A stretch of DNA of 64,000 nt from Candidatus Woesearchaeota archaeon (GTDB taxonomy: Archaea > Nanobdellota > Nanobdellia > Woesearchaeales > GCA-2686295). Below the pieces are notes generated by a model, which did no database searches, was not told where the DNA came from, and was given only the letters and a program-made list of their open reading frames with translations. Of the stretch, positions 1 through 7,985 are shown one piece after another. The position numbers and the translations under genes were made by a program. The stretch lies in the NCBI GenBank assembly GCA_016784125.1, contig JADHVI010000001.1:78417-142416 (forward strand). The letters are read 5' to 3'. Within the stretch, counting starts at the first letter, position 1. Each line of letters starts with the position of its first letter.

Positions 1-433
1 CAAGATCTTTTTCAGAAATCTCCGAAGCAATATATTTTGGTTTATAACCAAGAAATCCATAGCTAATGGGATTTAGTCCGCAAGCCAAATCCAAAATAGT
101 TTGTTCTTTTCCTGTAATTTCAAATATTTTGCTATATACTTCTTTATAATATGGTAATCTTTCTTTTGTGGATTTGTGTAACTTCAGTATTTCTTCTATG
201 GAATTTTTTTCAAGTAGTTTTTCTCTTTTAGAATAATTTTTTTGTATGAATACACCATATATATCTCTGAGTTGTCGTCTAATCTCTTTCAAAACTATTT
301 TATATTCTTCACTTCTCTTGTTATAATCCTTGGTTTCAAGTTTTTTCTTTAAGTTATGGTTCTTTTCAAGAAAATTTTTTAATTCTTTTTCAATTATTTT
401 TTTATCTAGATTTTGCAATTCTTTCTTTGACAT
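1..433 (-). CDS. SAM-dependent methyltransferase, FmrO/Rmt-like (possible 16S rRNA methyltransferase); C-terminal part lies outside the window
   Basis: Absent from the ORF track because it runs off the window. The minus-strand ATG at 433..431 reads MSKKELQNLDKKIIEKELKNF...LKLHKSTKERLPYYKEVYSKIFEITGKEQTILDLACGLNPISYGFLGYKPKYIASE. The STxERL plus LDxxCGLNP pair matches my memory of the ArmA/Rmt/FmrO family. The start lies 12 nt after the pelota stop, so it is probably co-transcribed. Confidence 0.45.
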   Translation of the reverse strand, partial: MSKKELQNLDKKIIEKELKNFLEKNHNLKKKLETKDYNKRSEEYKIVLKEIRRQLRDIYGVFIQKNYSKREKLLEKNSIEEILKLHKSTKERLPYYKEVYSKIFEITGKEQTILDLACGLNPISYGFLGYKPKYIASEISEKDL

Positions 434-444
434 TATGTCTACAA

Positions 445-1491
445 TCAATTCTTCCATCTTAGAATTCCAGCTATTCCTGTTAGTGAATCCAGGTTTTTTT
501 CTGCTTCTTCAGAACTAATAATGTGAACTTTACCATCCATTTGTTCACATGAGATCATCATATTTTCAAGTTCCTTATATGTTCCTTTCTCTTTAGAACT
601 TCGCAATAGTTTTTGACTTACTAGTAATTCTTCAACTGCGCCTAATTGAATTTTTTCTTTTGTTTCTTTGATTCCATAGCATGCTTGTTCTTTTGATATA
701 TATTCCAATAGTTTATCTACGGCTTTAATCTCTTGTATACTTCTGTTTTGTTCAAGCACTTTTCTAAGCTCATCTCGTTTTAGCACTTCGTTTATTGCCC
801 GTTCATTTGCCTGAGATACTGTCGCACTTACACTCTTCTTCTTAATCTCATCTGGAGTAACTTTCAAGAGTTCTTCTTTCCAGAAACCTGGACTTGCCAA
901 GATGATGTGGTCTGTTTGATTTGTTTTCTGAAATTCAGTTATTTTTTCAATTATTTCTTTATAGAAACTTCCTTTTGAAACATGTTTTTCTTCTTTTTTT
1001 TGAACATCTCCTGCCATCTTTGCAATCAGTTTGTATCCTGATCCTATGAGTTTAGCGAAATATGCCTCTTCTCTGTCAAATACAACTATCAAAATGTTTG
1101 TCGGCTGATTCTTTGTTGATTCATCAATTCTTTTTAATTGGAATTTTAACCATTGAGTCTTCTGAATTGTTATTATGGAATTATTTTCAAGGTTAAAGCT
1201 GTGATGTTCACCTCTTGGAATTTCCTCTGGTCCATCCGTAATGGTGCCAAGAACTCTTAGTGTGGCGCCTTCTGATAGTTCTATTTTTTCCACTTTTATG
1301 GCTATAAAAAACTGTTTTCTCACAACTTTTACATTTCTATCAGTATCGTCACCAATCTTTATTTTTCTCTCAGTTCTTCCTTTTATTATATCATCTACGT
1401 CAATGATCTGACTCAGAACCCAGAGATCATCTATGTTTTCTATTTTCAGAGTTAGTTCCTGCTTCTTTAATGCTTTTTTTATGATTTTCAT
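445..1491 (-). CDS. pelA: Pelota (Dom34-like mRNA surveillance / ribosome rescue factor)
   Basis: Translation from the internal Met reads MKIIKKALKKQELTLKIENIDDLWVLSQIIDVDDIIKGRTERKIKIG, a typical Pelota N-terminus, followed by eRF1-like domains 2 and 3. I trimmed the track ORF (445..1533) to the Met at 1491. Confidence 0.9.
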   Translation of the reverse strand: MKIIKKALKKQELTLKIENIDDLWVLSQIIDVDDIIKGRTERKIKIGDDTDRNVKVVRKQFFIAIKVEKIELSEGATLRVLGTITDGPEEIPRGEHHSFNLENNSIITIQKTQWLKFQLKRIDESTKNQPTNILIVVFDREEAYFAKLIGSGYKLIAKMAGDVQKKEEKHVSKGSFYKEIIEKITEFQKTNQTDHIILASPGFWKEELLKVTPDEIKKKSVSATVSQANERAINEVLKRDELRKVLEQNRSIQEIKAVDKLLEYISKEQACYGIKETKEKIQLGAVEELLVSQKLLRSSKEKGTYKELENMMISCEQMDGKVHIISSEEAEKNLDSLTGIAGILRWKN

Positions 1492-1520
1492 ATGTTTGTC
1501 TTTTATTCTGTATATTTCTC

Positions 1521-1528
1521 TATTTAAA
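1521..1528 (-). promoter_or_regulatory. Candidate archaeal TATA box for pelota
   Basis: TTTAAATA on the minus strand sits about 29 nt upstream of the proposed pelota ATG (1491). This spacing fits a leaderless or short-leader archaeal transcript. Confidence 0.3.
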
Positions 1529-1537
1529 ACCAATAAA

Positions 1538-1545
1538 TTTATATA
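1538..1545 (+). promoter_or_regulatory. Candidate archaeal TATA box for the envelope cluster (gene at 1568)
   Basis: TTTATATA ends 22 nt before the ATG at 1568, which matches archaeal TATA-to-TSS spacing with a leaderless mRNA. It is divergent from the pelota promoter. Confidence 0.35.
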
Positions 1546-1567
1546 TCTTGTGTGCGATTATTTGTGT

Positions 1568-2758
1568 ATGAGAAAAAGAGGAGCTGGTGGAAATAGCGCA
1601 AGTGGAGCAGCCATCTTAATAGTTATTGTTGCGGTTATTTTTCTATTATACATATTAATGCTTCCTCCTGAAGATAGAGCAGATTTATTAGGTGAAGACA
1701 ATCGCTCCAATTCTGAGGAAATAACTTCTTCAGGTTTTAATAAGACTCTGTTAAAGGAGAATATTGGTCGTTTGGATTATTTGCGATCTGATTATCGGGA
1801 AAGAGACTTACCATCCTTTAGAATTTATTCACAAAAGGAAGGAACAATTCTTAAGACTCTAAATTCAGTTTATGTAAAGAATGCGATTGGTGATAAGAAA
1901 TATTATAATGTAACTTTTGATATTGCTGAAAGATTAACTTCTGAAGTTAAATTATCTTTTAATGTTAAGCGTGCTCGCGGAAGATTAGAATTATATTTAA
2001 ATGGTGTTGAAATATTTAATGGTGAGCTAGGTAAAGGTTCTCCTAGTCCAATACCACTTCCTTCTGAGGCATTAGATAGCGAAAACACTTTGGTTTTCAA
2101 AGTTTCAAGTCCCGGATTTGCTTTTTGGAGCACTAATGAATATTTGCTAGAAGATGTTATGATTACAGGAGATGTTTTAGATGTGTCTAATAGTAAAAGC
2201 AGACAATTTTTCTATCTCTCAGATATTGAAGTTTTGAATCTTGATGAGATAAGACTTAAGTTTTATCCTGACTGTGATTCAAGATCTGTTGGTCCATTAA
2301 TCATTAATTTAAATGGTGAAGAGGCCTTCTTTGGAGTTGCTGATTGTGGAGTTTATAGAACAGTAACTCTTGATAAAAATAGCATATATGAAGATAAGAA
2401 TGAATTAGAATTTATTGCCACGGAAGGCTCTTACTTGATTGACAGGGTTTCTATTAGAACCGAACTTGAAGAACTTGTCTATCCTGTTTACTACTTTGAT
2501 CTTGATGAAGACTTATTTGATGGTGATGACTTTGATGACAGTTACAATGTTACTTTGCGCTTGAGATTTGTTAACCATGATGATAAAAGATTGGAATACT
2601 TAATTAATGGTAGAAGAAAGCAAATAAATACTGATGAGATTGAATATACCACTTTACTTAATGATTATGTTCTTCCAGAAGCCAATTCATTGGAATTGGT
2701 ACCAAAAAGCATAGTTGACATTTCGGTGCTGAGAGTTACATTGGACGAAGAAGAATAA
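1568..2758 (+). CDS. Signal-anchored extracytoplasmic protein with three internal beta-sandwich-like repeats (envelope cluster gene 1)
   Basis: I trimmed the track ORF 1433..2758 to the ATG at 1568, giving MRKRGAGGNSASGAAILIVIVAVIFLLYILMLPPED: a basic N-terminus followed by one hydrophobic helix. Three repeats carry a shared LNG core: VKLSFNVKRARGRLELYLNGVEIFNG, IRLKFYPDCDSRSVGPLIINLNGEEAFFG and VTLRLRFVNHDDKRLEYLINGRRKQIN. I recognise no family. Confidence 0.6.
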   Translation: MRKRGAGGNSASGAAILIVIVAVIFLLYILMLPPEDRADLLGEDNRSNSEEITSSGFNKTLLKENIGRLDYLRSDYRERDLPSFRIYSQKEGTILKTLNSVYVKNAIGDKKYYNVTFDIAERLTSEVKLSFNVKRARGRLELYLNGVEIFNGELGKGSPSPIPLPSEALDSENTLVFKVSSPGFAFWSTNEYLLEDVMITGDVLDVSNSKSRQFFYLSDIEVLNLDEIRLKFYPDCDSRSVGPLIINLNGEEAFFGVADCGVYRTVTLDKNSIYEDKNELEFIATEGSYLIDRVSIRTELEELVYPVYYFDLDEDLFDGDDFDDSYNVTLRLRFVNHDDKRLEYLINGRRKQINTDEIEYTTLLNDYVLPEANSLELVPKSIVDISVLRVTLDEEE

Positions 2759-2759
2759 A

Positions 2760-4322
2760 ATGGATGGTTCTGACATCAAAGATGGGATTGATAAAGTAAA
2801 TAATTATCTTAAGGGTAAATGGGATTCTTTAACTAAAACTGCCGAGCAACCTGAAGATTTTCGAAAAGGTCAAGTTCTATTTTTAATGCTTCTTGGGGCA
2901 ATTATTTATTGGGTTGATGTTTTCTTTCTAGGTGGTGCAACTGCTTCGTTCATGCCAGGTAAGATAACTGTTTTTCTTTATGCTCTTTTAACTCTAATGG
3001 CAGTCGTTGTATTCAGAGCAGGAATGCAGCAAATAATGGAGTTCATCATTGTTTCCATTGTTGCTATGGTCTGGCCTCGGACAATATCTATGGTTGTTGG
3101 TGGTATGGGTGGGTTGGATAACTTATCTTTTGTTTCTAATACACAGTTTATATCAATATTTCTTACAGCAGTAGTTTTAGTAACTCCGATATGGACTTAC
3201 TATTTTCTATATGTAAGTCGTCTTTCAACTGATCAAGTTCGTGGGTGGGGTAGAAAATGGGCAATCTTATGTTTTTCAATTGCAATTCTCATAACAATCG
3301 TTATGGGCGGCATTGGTACTTTTGCAGGCCCCGCAGATCTTGACTTGGGAGAGGGAGTTAATTATCTAAAAGTTTATTTCTGGGAATATCCGAAAGAAAT
3401 TGGAGTATATCTTTTCACAATTCCAGGAACCTTAACTTCATATCTTAATGAAACTATGGGTTTGAATGAATTTACTGGGAAGGTGGATCAAAATAAAGAT
3501 GGACCATTAGGAGTCTATCTTGAAGACCTATCACCTGCCGAGACTATATTTTATGAATATAATCCTGTTGTAATATGGGCATCTCTAAAAGGAAAGAGTT
3601 TTGAAGGGTACATCCAAGTTAATAATCGTTGTTACACTAAGAAGGATAAGGAAATTGAATTCGGAGAAATATTTCCTCAAACAGTTGATTTATTTTATGA
3701 TGATTCTTCAAGTTTAGAGTGTATATTTGAAGAAGGTTTAGAAGATGGTTCATATGTTGTTACGTTTATTTCTAGCTTTGAGTTTCCAACATGGGGATAT
3801 GTTACTTACACATATGTAGATAAAGATTTGAGACTGGCGTATTATTCTCAGAAAAAGAATATTAATACAGAACTTAATATTCCTACTAAAGTAGAACCGA
3901 TTTATACGAGCGGTCCTGCTTCAATTGAAGCAAACTTAGTTGATTTACCAGTTAGCATATACTCTGATAGAGATTGGCATCCTTCATTTGGTGTCACATT
4001 AGCCAATCTTTGGCCTCAAGGAGAAATTGTTTCTATTAAAAGTTTAGACATGATTATTCCAAATGATCTTTCGCTTGAAAGATGCATACCGACATTCATA
4101 TCTAAAGAACCAAGTGATGAGGGATATAATACCTATTCGTTTAAACTTCAAAGCCATCAAAATTTATTCTCAACAGTAACTTGTCCGTCAGTTAAAATAA
4201 ATGATCCTGAGGCTTTTTTAGGAGACAATTTGAAAGTTTCAAGAACCTTCGCGATAAAAGCGAGTTATATTTATACTTTAGAAAAATCAGTTCATATTAA
4301 AGTTGAAAAGATAGGGAAATGA
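2760..4322 (+). CDS. Polytopic membrane protein (about 5-6 TM helices) with a roughly 300-aa extracytoplasmic C-terminal domain (envelope cluster gene 2)
   Basis: Starts 1 nt after the stop of gene 1. Hydrophobic segments include VLFLMLLGAIIYWVDVFFLGG, ITVFLYALLTLMAVVVF, FIIVSIVAMVW, ISIFLTAVVLVTPIWTYYFLY and WAILCFSIAILITIVMGGIG. By manual alignment, the C-terminal part looks like a divergent, cysteine-poor copy of the module in genes 3-5 (GPLGVYLEDL..., IYTSGPASIEANLV, FAIKASYIYTLEKSVHIKVEK). Confidence 0.6.
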   Translation: MDGSDIKDGIDKVNNYLKGKWDSLTKTAEQPEDFRKGQVLFLMLLGAIIYWVDVFFLGGATASFMPGKITVFLYALLTLMAVVVFRAGMQQIMEFIIVSIVAMVWPRTISMVVGGMGGLDNLSFVSNTQFISIFLTAVVLVTPIWTYYFLYVSRLSTDQVRGWGRKWAILCFSIAILITIVMGGIGTFAGPADLDLGEGVNYLKVYFWEYPKEIGVYLFTIPGTLTSYLNETMGLNEFTGKVDQNKDGPLGVYLEDLSPAETIFYEYNPVVIWASLKGKSFEGYIQVNNRCYTKKDKEIEFGEIFPQTVDLFYDDSSSLECIFEEGLEDGSYVVTFISSFEFPTWGYVTYTYVDKDLRLAYYSQKKNINTELNIPTKVEPIYTSGPASIEANLVDLPVSIYSDRDWHPSFGVTLANLWPQGEIVSIKSLDMIIPNDLSLERCIPTFISKEPSDEGYNTYSFKLQSHQNLFSTVTCPSVKINDPEAFLGDNLKVSRTFAIKASYIYTLEKSVHIKVEKIGK

Positions 4323-5545
4323 TGAAAAAAATTTATTTAGTTTTAGTATTATTTGTTTTACTTACTGCCTGTAATAGAACTTTTACGCCGCAAGAAACTA
4401 ATTATTATACGGGAACAAAAGGGGTTGAGTTGGAGTTTGTGGGTTATAGTCCACCAAATAATGTGTATGAACAAACAACTTTTCCTTTGGCAATTTTTGT
4501 TTCTAATGAGGGTGCATTTTCTTTGAATGGTTCGCCTTTTAAAGGATTAATAACTTATTCTTATGACCCATTTTATTTAGCCGAAATAAATGGTACCGCG
4601 GAATCAGAATTTGAAACTATAATAATAAATGGAAAATCAGATGGTTTTCCTCAAGGTGATCTTCAGACAAAACTATTACCTATGTTTACCGTTAAACCTG
4701 TTTTAGGCCAAAGAGAATCCCCTACAACCGAATTATTTGTTTCAGCTTGTTATCCTTATAATACTAAGCTCGTTGATGAGGTGTGTATTGATACTTCTTC
4801 TTTGACAAATGATATGAGGTCAAATGTTTGTAAAGCAGAAAATAAAGTTTATTCGGGTCAAGGCGCACCCGTTGCAATTACAGAAGTTCATGTACAGATG
4901 AATCACATGCTTAATAAGATTAGACCTTCATTATTAATTAAAATAAAAAATGTTGGTTCGGGAACGGTGTTGGCGCCTGTTTCTAGTTCAGAACAAGCCA
5001 GAGCTTGTGACATTCAAAAAGACAAAAGGGGCGATTGGAATACTGTTAAGATAAAAGCATTGCTTTCTAATGAGCAACTTACTTGTGTACCTGAAGTAGT
5101 TCATCTTCGTCAAGGTGAAGGGTCTGCTCGTTGTTTTATGGAATCTGGCGGGTTTGGAGCTGCTTTGAATTATTATGCTATTATGATAGTAGAATTAGAT
5201 TATGTTTATTTGACCAGTGTTTCAAAAGAAATAACTATTGAGCGTACAGAACTTCCTGATATAGAATATTTATCTTCAAATAATTGTGAATATTGGGAAA
5301 CAGAAATTGATGGGATTTGCAAGAATAACTGCGAGATATGTTCGGAAGGTTCATCACTTTCATTTTGTAATTCACAAATAGTAGATCAGAACTGGTCCTG
5401 TGATTGCGGGCCTATCGAATGTACAACTATTATTGGCTCACGTAAACTAGGTGGCATCGTAGATGGAATTGAAGTAAAAAGTGGAAATTGTATATTTGGT
5501 CAGAGCTTTTGTGCGCCTGGAAAGTACTGTTGTATAAAACAATAA
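4319..5545 (+). CDS. Lipobox surface protein, paralog A; two CARDB-like beta-sandwich segments plus a Cys-rich C-terminal tail (envelope cluster gene 3)
   Basis: ATGA overlap with gene 2. Signal peptide plus lipobox: MMKKIYLVLVLFVLLTAC. Shared family motifs are CYPYNTKLVDEVCID, SGQGAPVAITEVHV, LLIKIKNVGSGTV, LTCVPEV, ARC and IVELDYVY. The last ~90 aa carry about 14 Cys (NNCEYWETEIDGICKNNCEICSEG...CAPGKYCCIKQ). Confidence 0.65.
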   Translation: MMKKIYLVLVLFVLLTACNRTFTPQETNYYTGTKGVELEFVGYSPPNNVYEQTTFPLAIFVSNEGAFSLNGSPFKGLITYSYDPFYLAEINGTAESEFETIIINGKSDGFPQGDLQTKLLPMFTVKPVLGQRESPTTELFVSACYPYNTKLVDEVCIDTSSLTNDMRSNVCKAENKVYSGQGAPVAITEVHVQMNHMLNKIRPSLLIKIKNVGSGTVLAPVSSSEQARACDIQKDKRGDWNTVKIKALLSNEQLTCVPEVVHLRQGEGSARCFMESGGFGAALNYYAIMIVELDYVYLTSVSKEITIERTELPDIEYLSSNNCEYWETEIDGICKNNCEICSEGSSLSFCNSQIVDQNWSCDCGPIECTTIIGSRKLGGIVDGIEVKSGNCIFGQSFCAPGKYCCIKQ

Positions 5546-5577
5546 TTTTAAATATGGAAAGAACAAAAGGTTAACAT

Positions 5578-6945
5578 ATGAATAATAAACTATTAATCGG
5601 ATTTTTTTTGGCTTTAATATTAATATTATCATCTTGTTCGATGTCTTCTAGTGCGCCAACTGATCCAACTACAACTCATTATTATCGCGGATATGAAGGA
5701 ATTAGAATGACTATTGATCCAGGTTCTCTTCCTAGCACGTTATATTACTATGCAAATGCTCCTGATTCTTATAATGCGTTTTCTGTAGATGTAGAAGTTC
5801 ACAATGTTGGGGCTTCTTGGAGTAGAGGAGGAATATATGTTTCTGGTCATGATCCATCTTTGATATTTTTGGAGGGTGTTAATGTTCCAAAAACTAGTGG
5901 TGGTTTTTGGGAACATTGTCAAACAAGACTTTCAATGGGTGACTGGGATTGGTCTAATATTGCAGGAGTCCTAAATTGTAATTTTGGAGATCATGGAGCA
6001 TCTTTTACAGGGGATCCCAATACCGATCAAGCAATTGATGGTGTTAGCATAAACAATTTATTTGGTTTCTTTGGGGCTGGAGATGCAATTAATGATTTGT
6101 TAAGTCAATCAGAGCTGTTGTCAAGATTGGGTTTAAATGAATTGGGAAATATGGATGTAGATTTAACATGGGATGGTCAAACAGATGCTTACGCTTTTAA
6201 TTTTGACTTTACAGAATTTGGATTAAACTTAGATGTATTACATCACGGGGCGGCATTAATGATATTAATGGATTCTCTTAGTTTTGATAGATTTAATGGA
6301 AAATCTTTTTATTTGGCTGCTGATAACTATGATTATCCTGGCGGAGAATTAACTTATATTTCATTTCCTGGGTATGTTAGAGATACTTGGCCTGCTGGTT
6401 TGGATTCAACACCAGTCACATTTATGATTTCATCTTGTTATGCCTACTCAACATATGCAACACCGTTGGTATGTATAGATCCTGATCCTGCATCTCAAAA
6501 TCAAAAAGTTTGTTATCCTGGACAAGTTAGTTTAGCAGGAAGTCAAGGTGCGCCTGTTGCTGTAACGGGTGTTCATCAAGAAAGTGGTCGTTTAAGTACA
6601 ACTTTCACAATAGAAATCAGTAATGTGGGTCATGGAAAAGTTATTTATCCCGGTGATTTGGAATTATGCAGTCCTTATTACCCTGGAGCATTAACCCGAA
6701 AGAACACAGATTTAGTAATACTTGGAGATATTAGAATGTCGGGTAGTGATCAAAGACTAAGATGCACTCCTGATGATAATATTGTAAGACTTAATCCAAT
6801 GACTGGTAAGGGACAGATTATTTGTACTTATGATTATGAATATGCCACATCTAAATCTGCTTATAAAGCTCCTTTGGTAATTGAATTATGGTATGGTTAT
6901 AGTGAAGAGTTACAAAGAACAATTAACATCAAAAGGGCGCGTTAA
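5578..6945 (+). CDS. Lipobox surface protein, paralog B (envelope cluster gene 4)
   Basis: Signal peptide plus lipobox: MNNKLLIGFFLALILILSSC. Family motifs are SCYAYSTYATPLVCIDPD, GSQGAPVAVTGVHQE, FTIEISNVGHGKV, IRMSGSDQRLRCTP and VIELWYGYSEE. It carries a long insertion (about residues 100-260) relative to the paralogs. Confidence 0.65.
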   Translation: MNNKLLIGFFLALILILSSCSMSSSAPTDPTTTHYYRGYEGIRMTIDPGSLPSTLYYYANAPDSYNAFSVDVEVHNVGASWSRGGIYVSGHDPSLIFLEGVNVPKTSGGFWEHCQTRLSMGDWDWSNIAGVLNCNFGDHGASFTGDPNTDQAIDGVSINNLFGFFGAGDAINDLLSQSELLSRLGLNELGNMDVDLTWDGQTDAYAFNFDFTEFGLNLDVLHHGAALMILMDSLSFDRFNGKSFYLAADNYDYPGGELTYISFPGYVRDTWPAGLDSTPVTFMISSCYAYSTYATPLVCIDPDPASQNQKVCYPGQVSLAGSQGAPVAVTGVHQESGRLSTTFTIEISNVGHGKVIYPGDLELCSPYYPGALTRKNTDLVILGDIRMSGSDQRLRCTPDDNIVRLNPMTGKGQIICTYDYEYATSKSAYKAPLVIELWYGYSEELQRTINIKRAR

Positions 6946-7019
6946 TACTCGCCAGTAAAAAAACAAAAAGTTTTATATACTCTAAAGGGATAAAAATATT
7001 TGTTTTGGAGGTCTAAAAA

Positions 7020-7967
7020 ATGAAAAGAACATCACTTTTATTGTTGGTTTTAGCAGTATTTTTGTTAGCTTCTTGCTCTAGCGAGACTATCACATCGAAT
7101 CAAAACACTTTTTTAGGTGGAACAACAGGATTACTAGTTAATTTTGTTGAAGGAGAACCACCACTAGAAGTGACTGATGGTAATGCCACACCATTTACTG
7201 TGAGTATTAAATTAGAAAATCGAGGCGAAACAGAAATTGCAGCAGACGATGTCTTGATATCCCTAAGAGGAATTGATCCTATTTCCTTTAGTGTTACATT
7301 GGATGAGATTATTAATCAACACCCTACTTCAATGATTCTAAAGAATGATTTAAATCCTGATAATGGAGAAAAAATTGATTCTCCACCGGTTTACTTCACA
7401 TTTCCTATGATGAATTATCAAGGGTCTTTGGCAGGAAATGATGATTTTCCTTTTGTCGTAGATGTTTGTTATAAATATCGGACTTTGGCAACATCAAAAT
7501 TATGTGTGAAGGAAAATACTATGGATTCAACTCATAACGATGTTTGTACAGTTTCTGAAAAGAAATCTGTTCAAAATTCTGGTGCACCAATACAAATAGT
7601 TAGCTTTGATGAATCATCAGCAGGTCAAGATGCAGTTGCTTTCTCTGTTAAGATTAAGGACATGGGTAGTGGACTACTTGCACAACAAGGAACAATGTGC
7701 AATGATCATGCAGGAACAAAAAATATTGTGAAACTAACTGTTGATACTGGTATTTCAGGTTTAACCTGCGGGGGTCTTTCTAATCCTTCAACAACAGGAA
7801 CTGCTTACTCAGGTGACATTAGAATGAGTACAGGAGAAGTATCTGTAAGATGTACTCAACAGTTATCTCCAGCAGATAAATCTGACAAAGTAATGATTGT
7901 TGATATGTTTATAGATTATGACTACCAAGAATCAAAAGCGACATCTGTGCTAGTTAAGCACATTTAA
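7020..7967 (+). CDS. Lipobox surface protein, paralog C (envelope cluster gene 5)
   Basis: GGAGGT Shine-Dalgarno 8 nt upstream. Signal peptide plus lipobox: MKRTSLLLLVLAVFLLASC. Family motifs are VCYKYRTLATSKLCVKE, QNSGAPIQIVSFDE, FSVKIKDMGSGLL, IRMSTGEVSVRCTQ and DMFIDYDYQE. This is the shortest member and looks like the minimal two-domain architecture. Confidence 0.65.
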   Translation: MKRTSLLLLVLAVFLLASCSSETITSNQNTFLGGTTGLLVNFVEGEPPLEVTDGNATPFTVSIKLENRGETEIAADDVLISLRGIDPISFSVTLDEIINQHPTSMILKNDLNPDNGEKIDSPPVYFTFPMMNYQGSLAGNDDFPFVVDVCYKYRTLATSKLCVKENTMDSTHNDVCTVSEKKSVQNSGAPIQIVSFDESSAGQDAVAFSVKIKDMGSGLLAQQGTMCNDHAGTKNIVKLTVDTGISGLTCGGLSNPSTTGTAYSGDIRMSTGEVSVRCTQQLSPADKSDKVMIVDMFIDYDYQESKATSVLVKHI

Positions 7968-7981
7968 TTTTTTTCTTTTTT
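7968..7981 (+). terminator. Oligo-T terminator after the envelope cluster
   Basis: TTTTTTTCTTTTTT begins immediately after the TAA at 7965..7967. Archaeal RNA polymerase terminates at oligo-T tracts. Confidence 0.45.
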
Positions 7982-7985
7982 CCCT

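Noticed and set aside
330-518. 62-aa plus-strand ORF from the track
   Set aside because: It is low-complexity and Phe/Leu-rich, and lies antisense to the junction of two well-supported minus-strand genes (the FmrO-like methyltransferase and pelota). It looks like an AT-rich antisense artefact.
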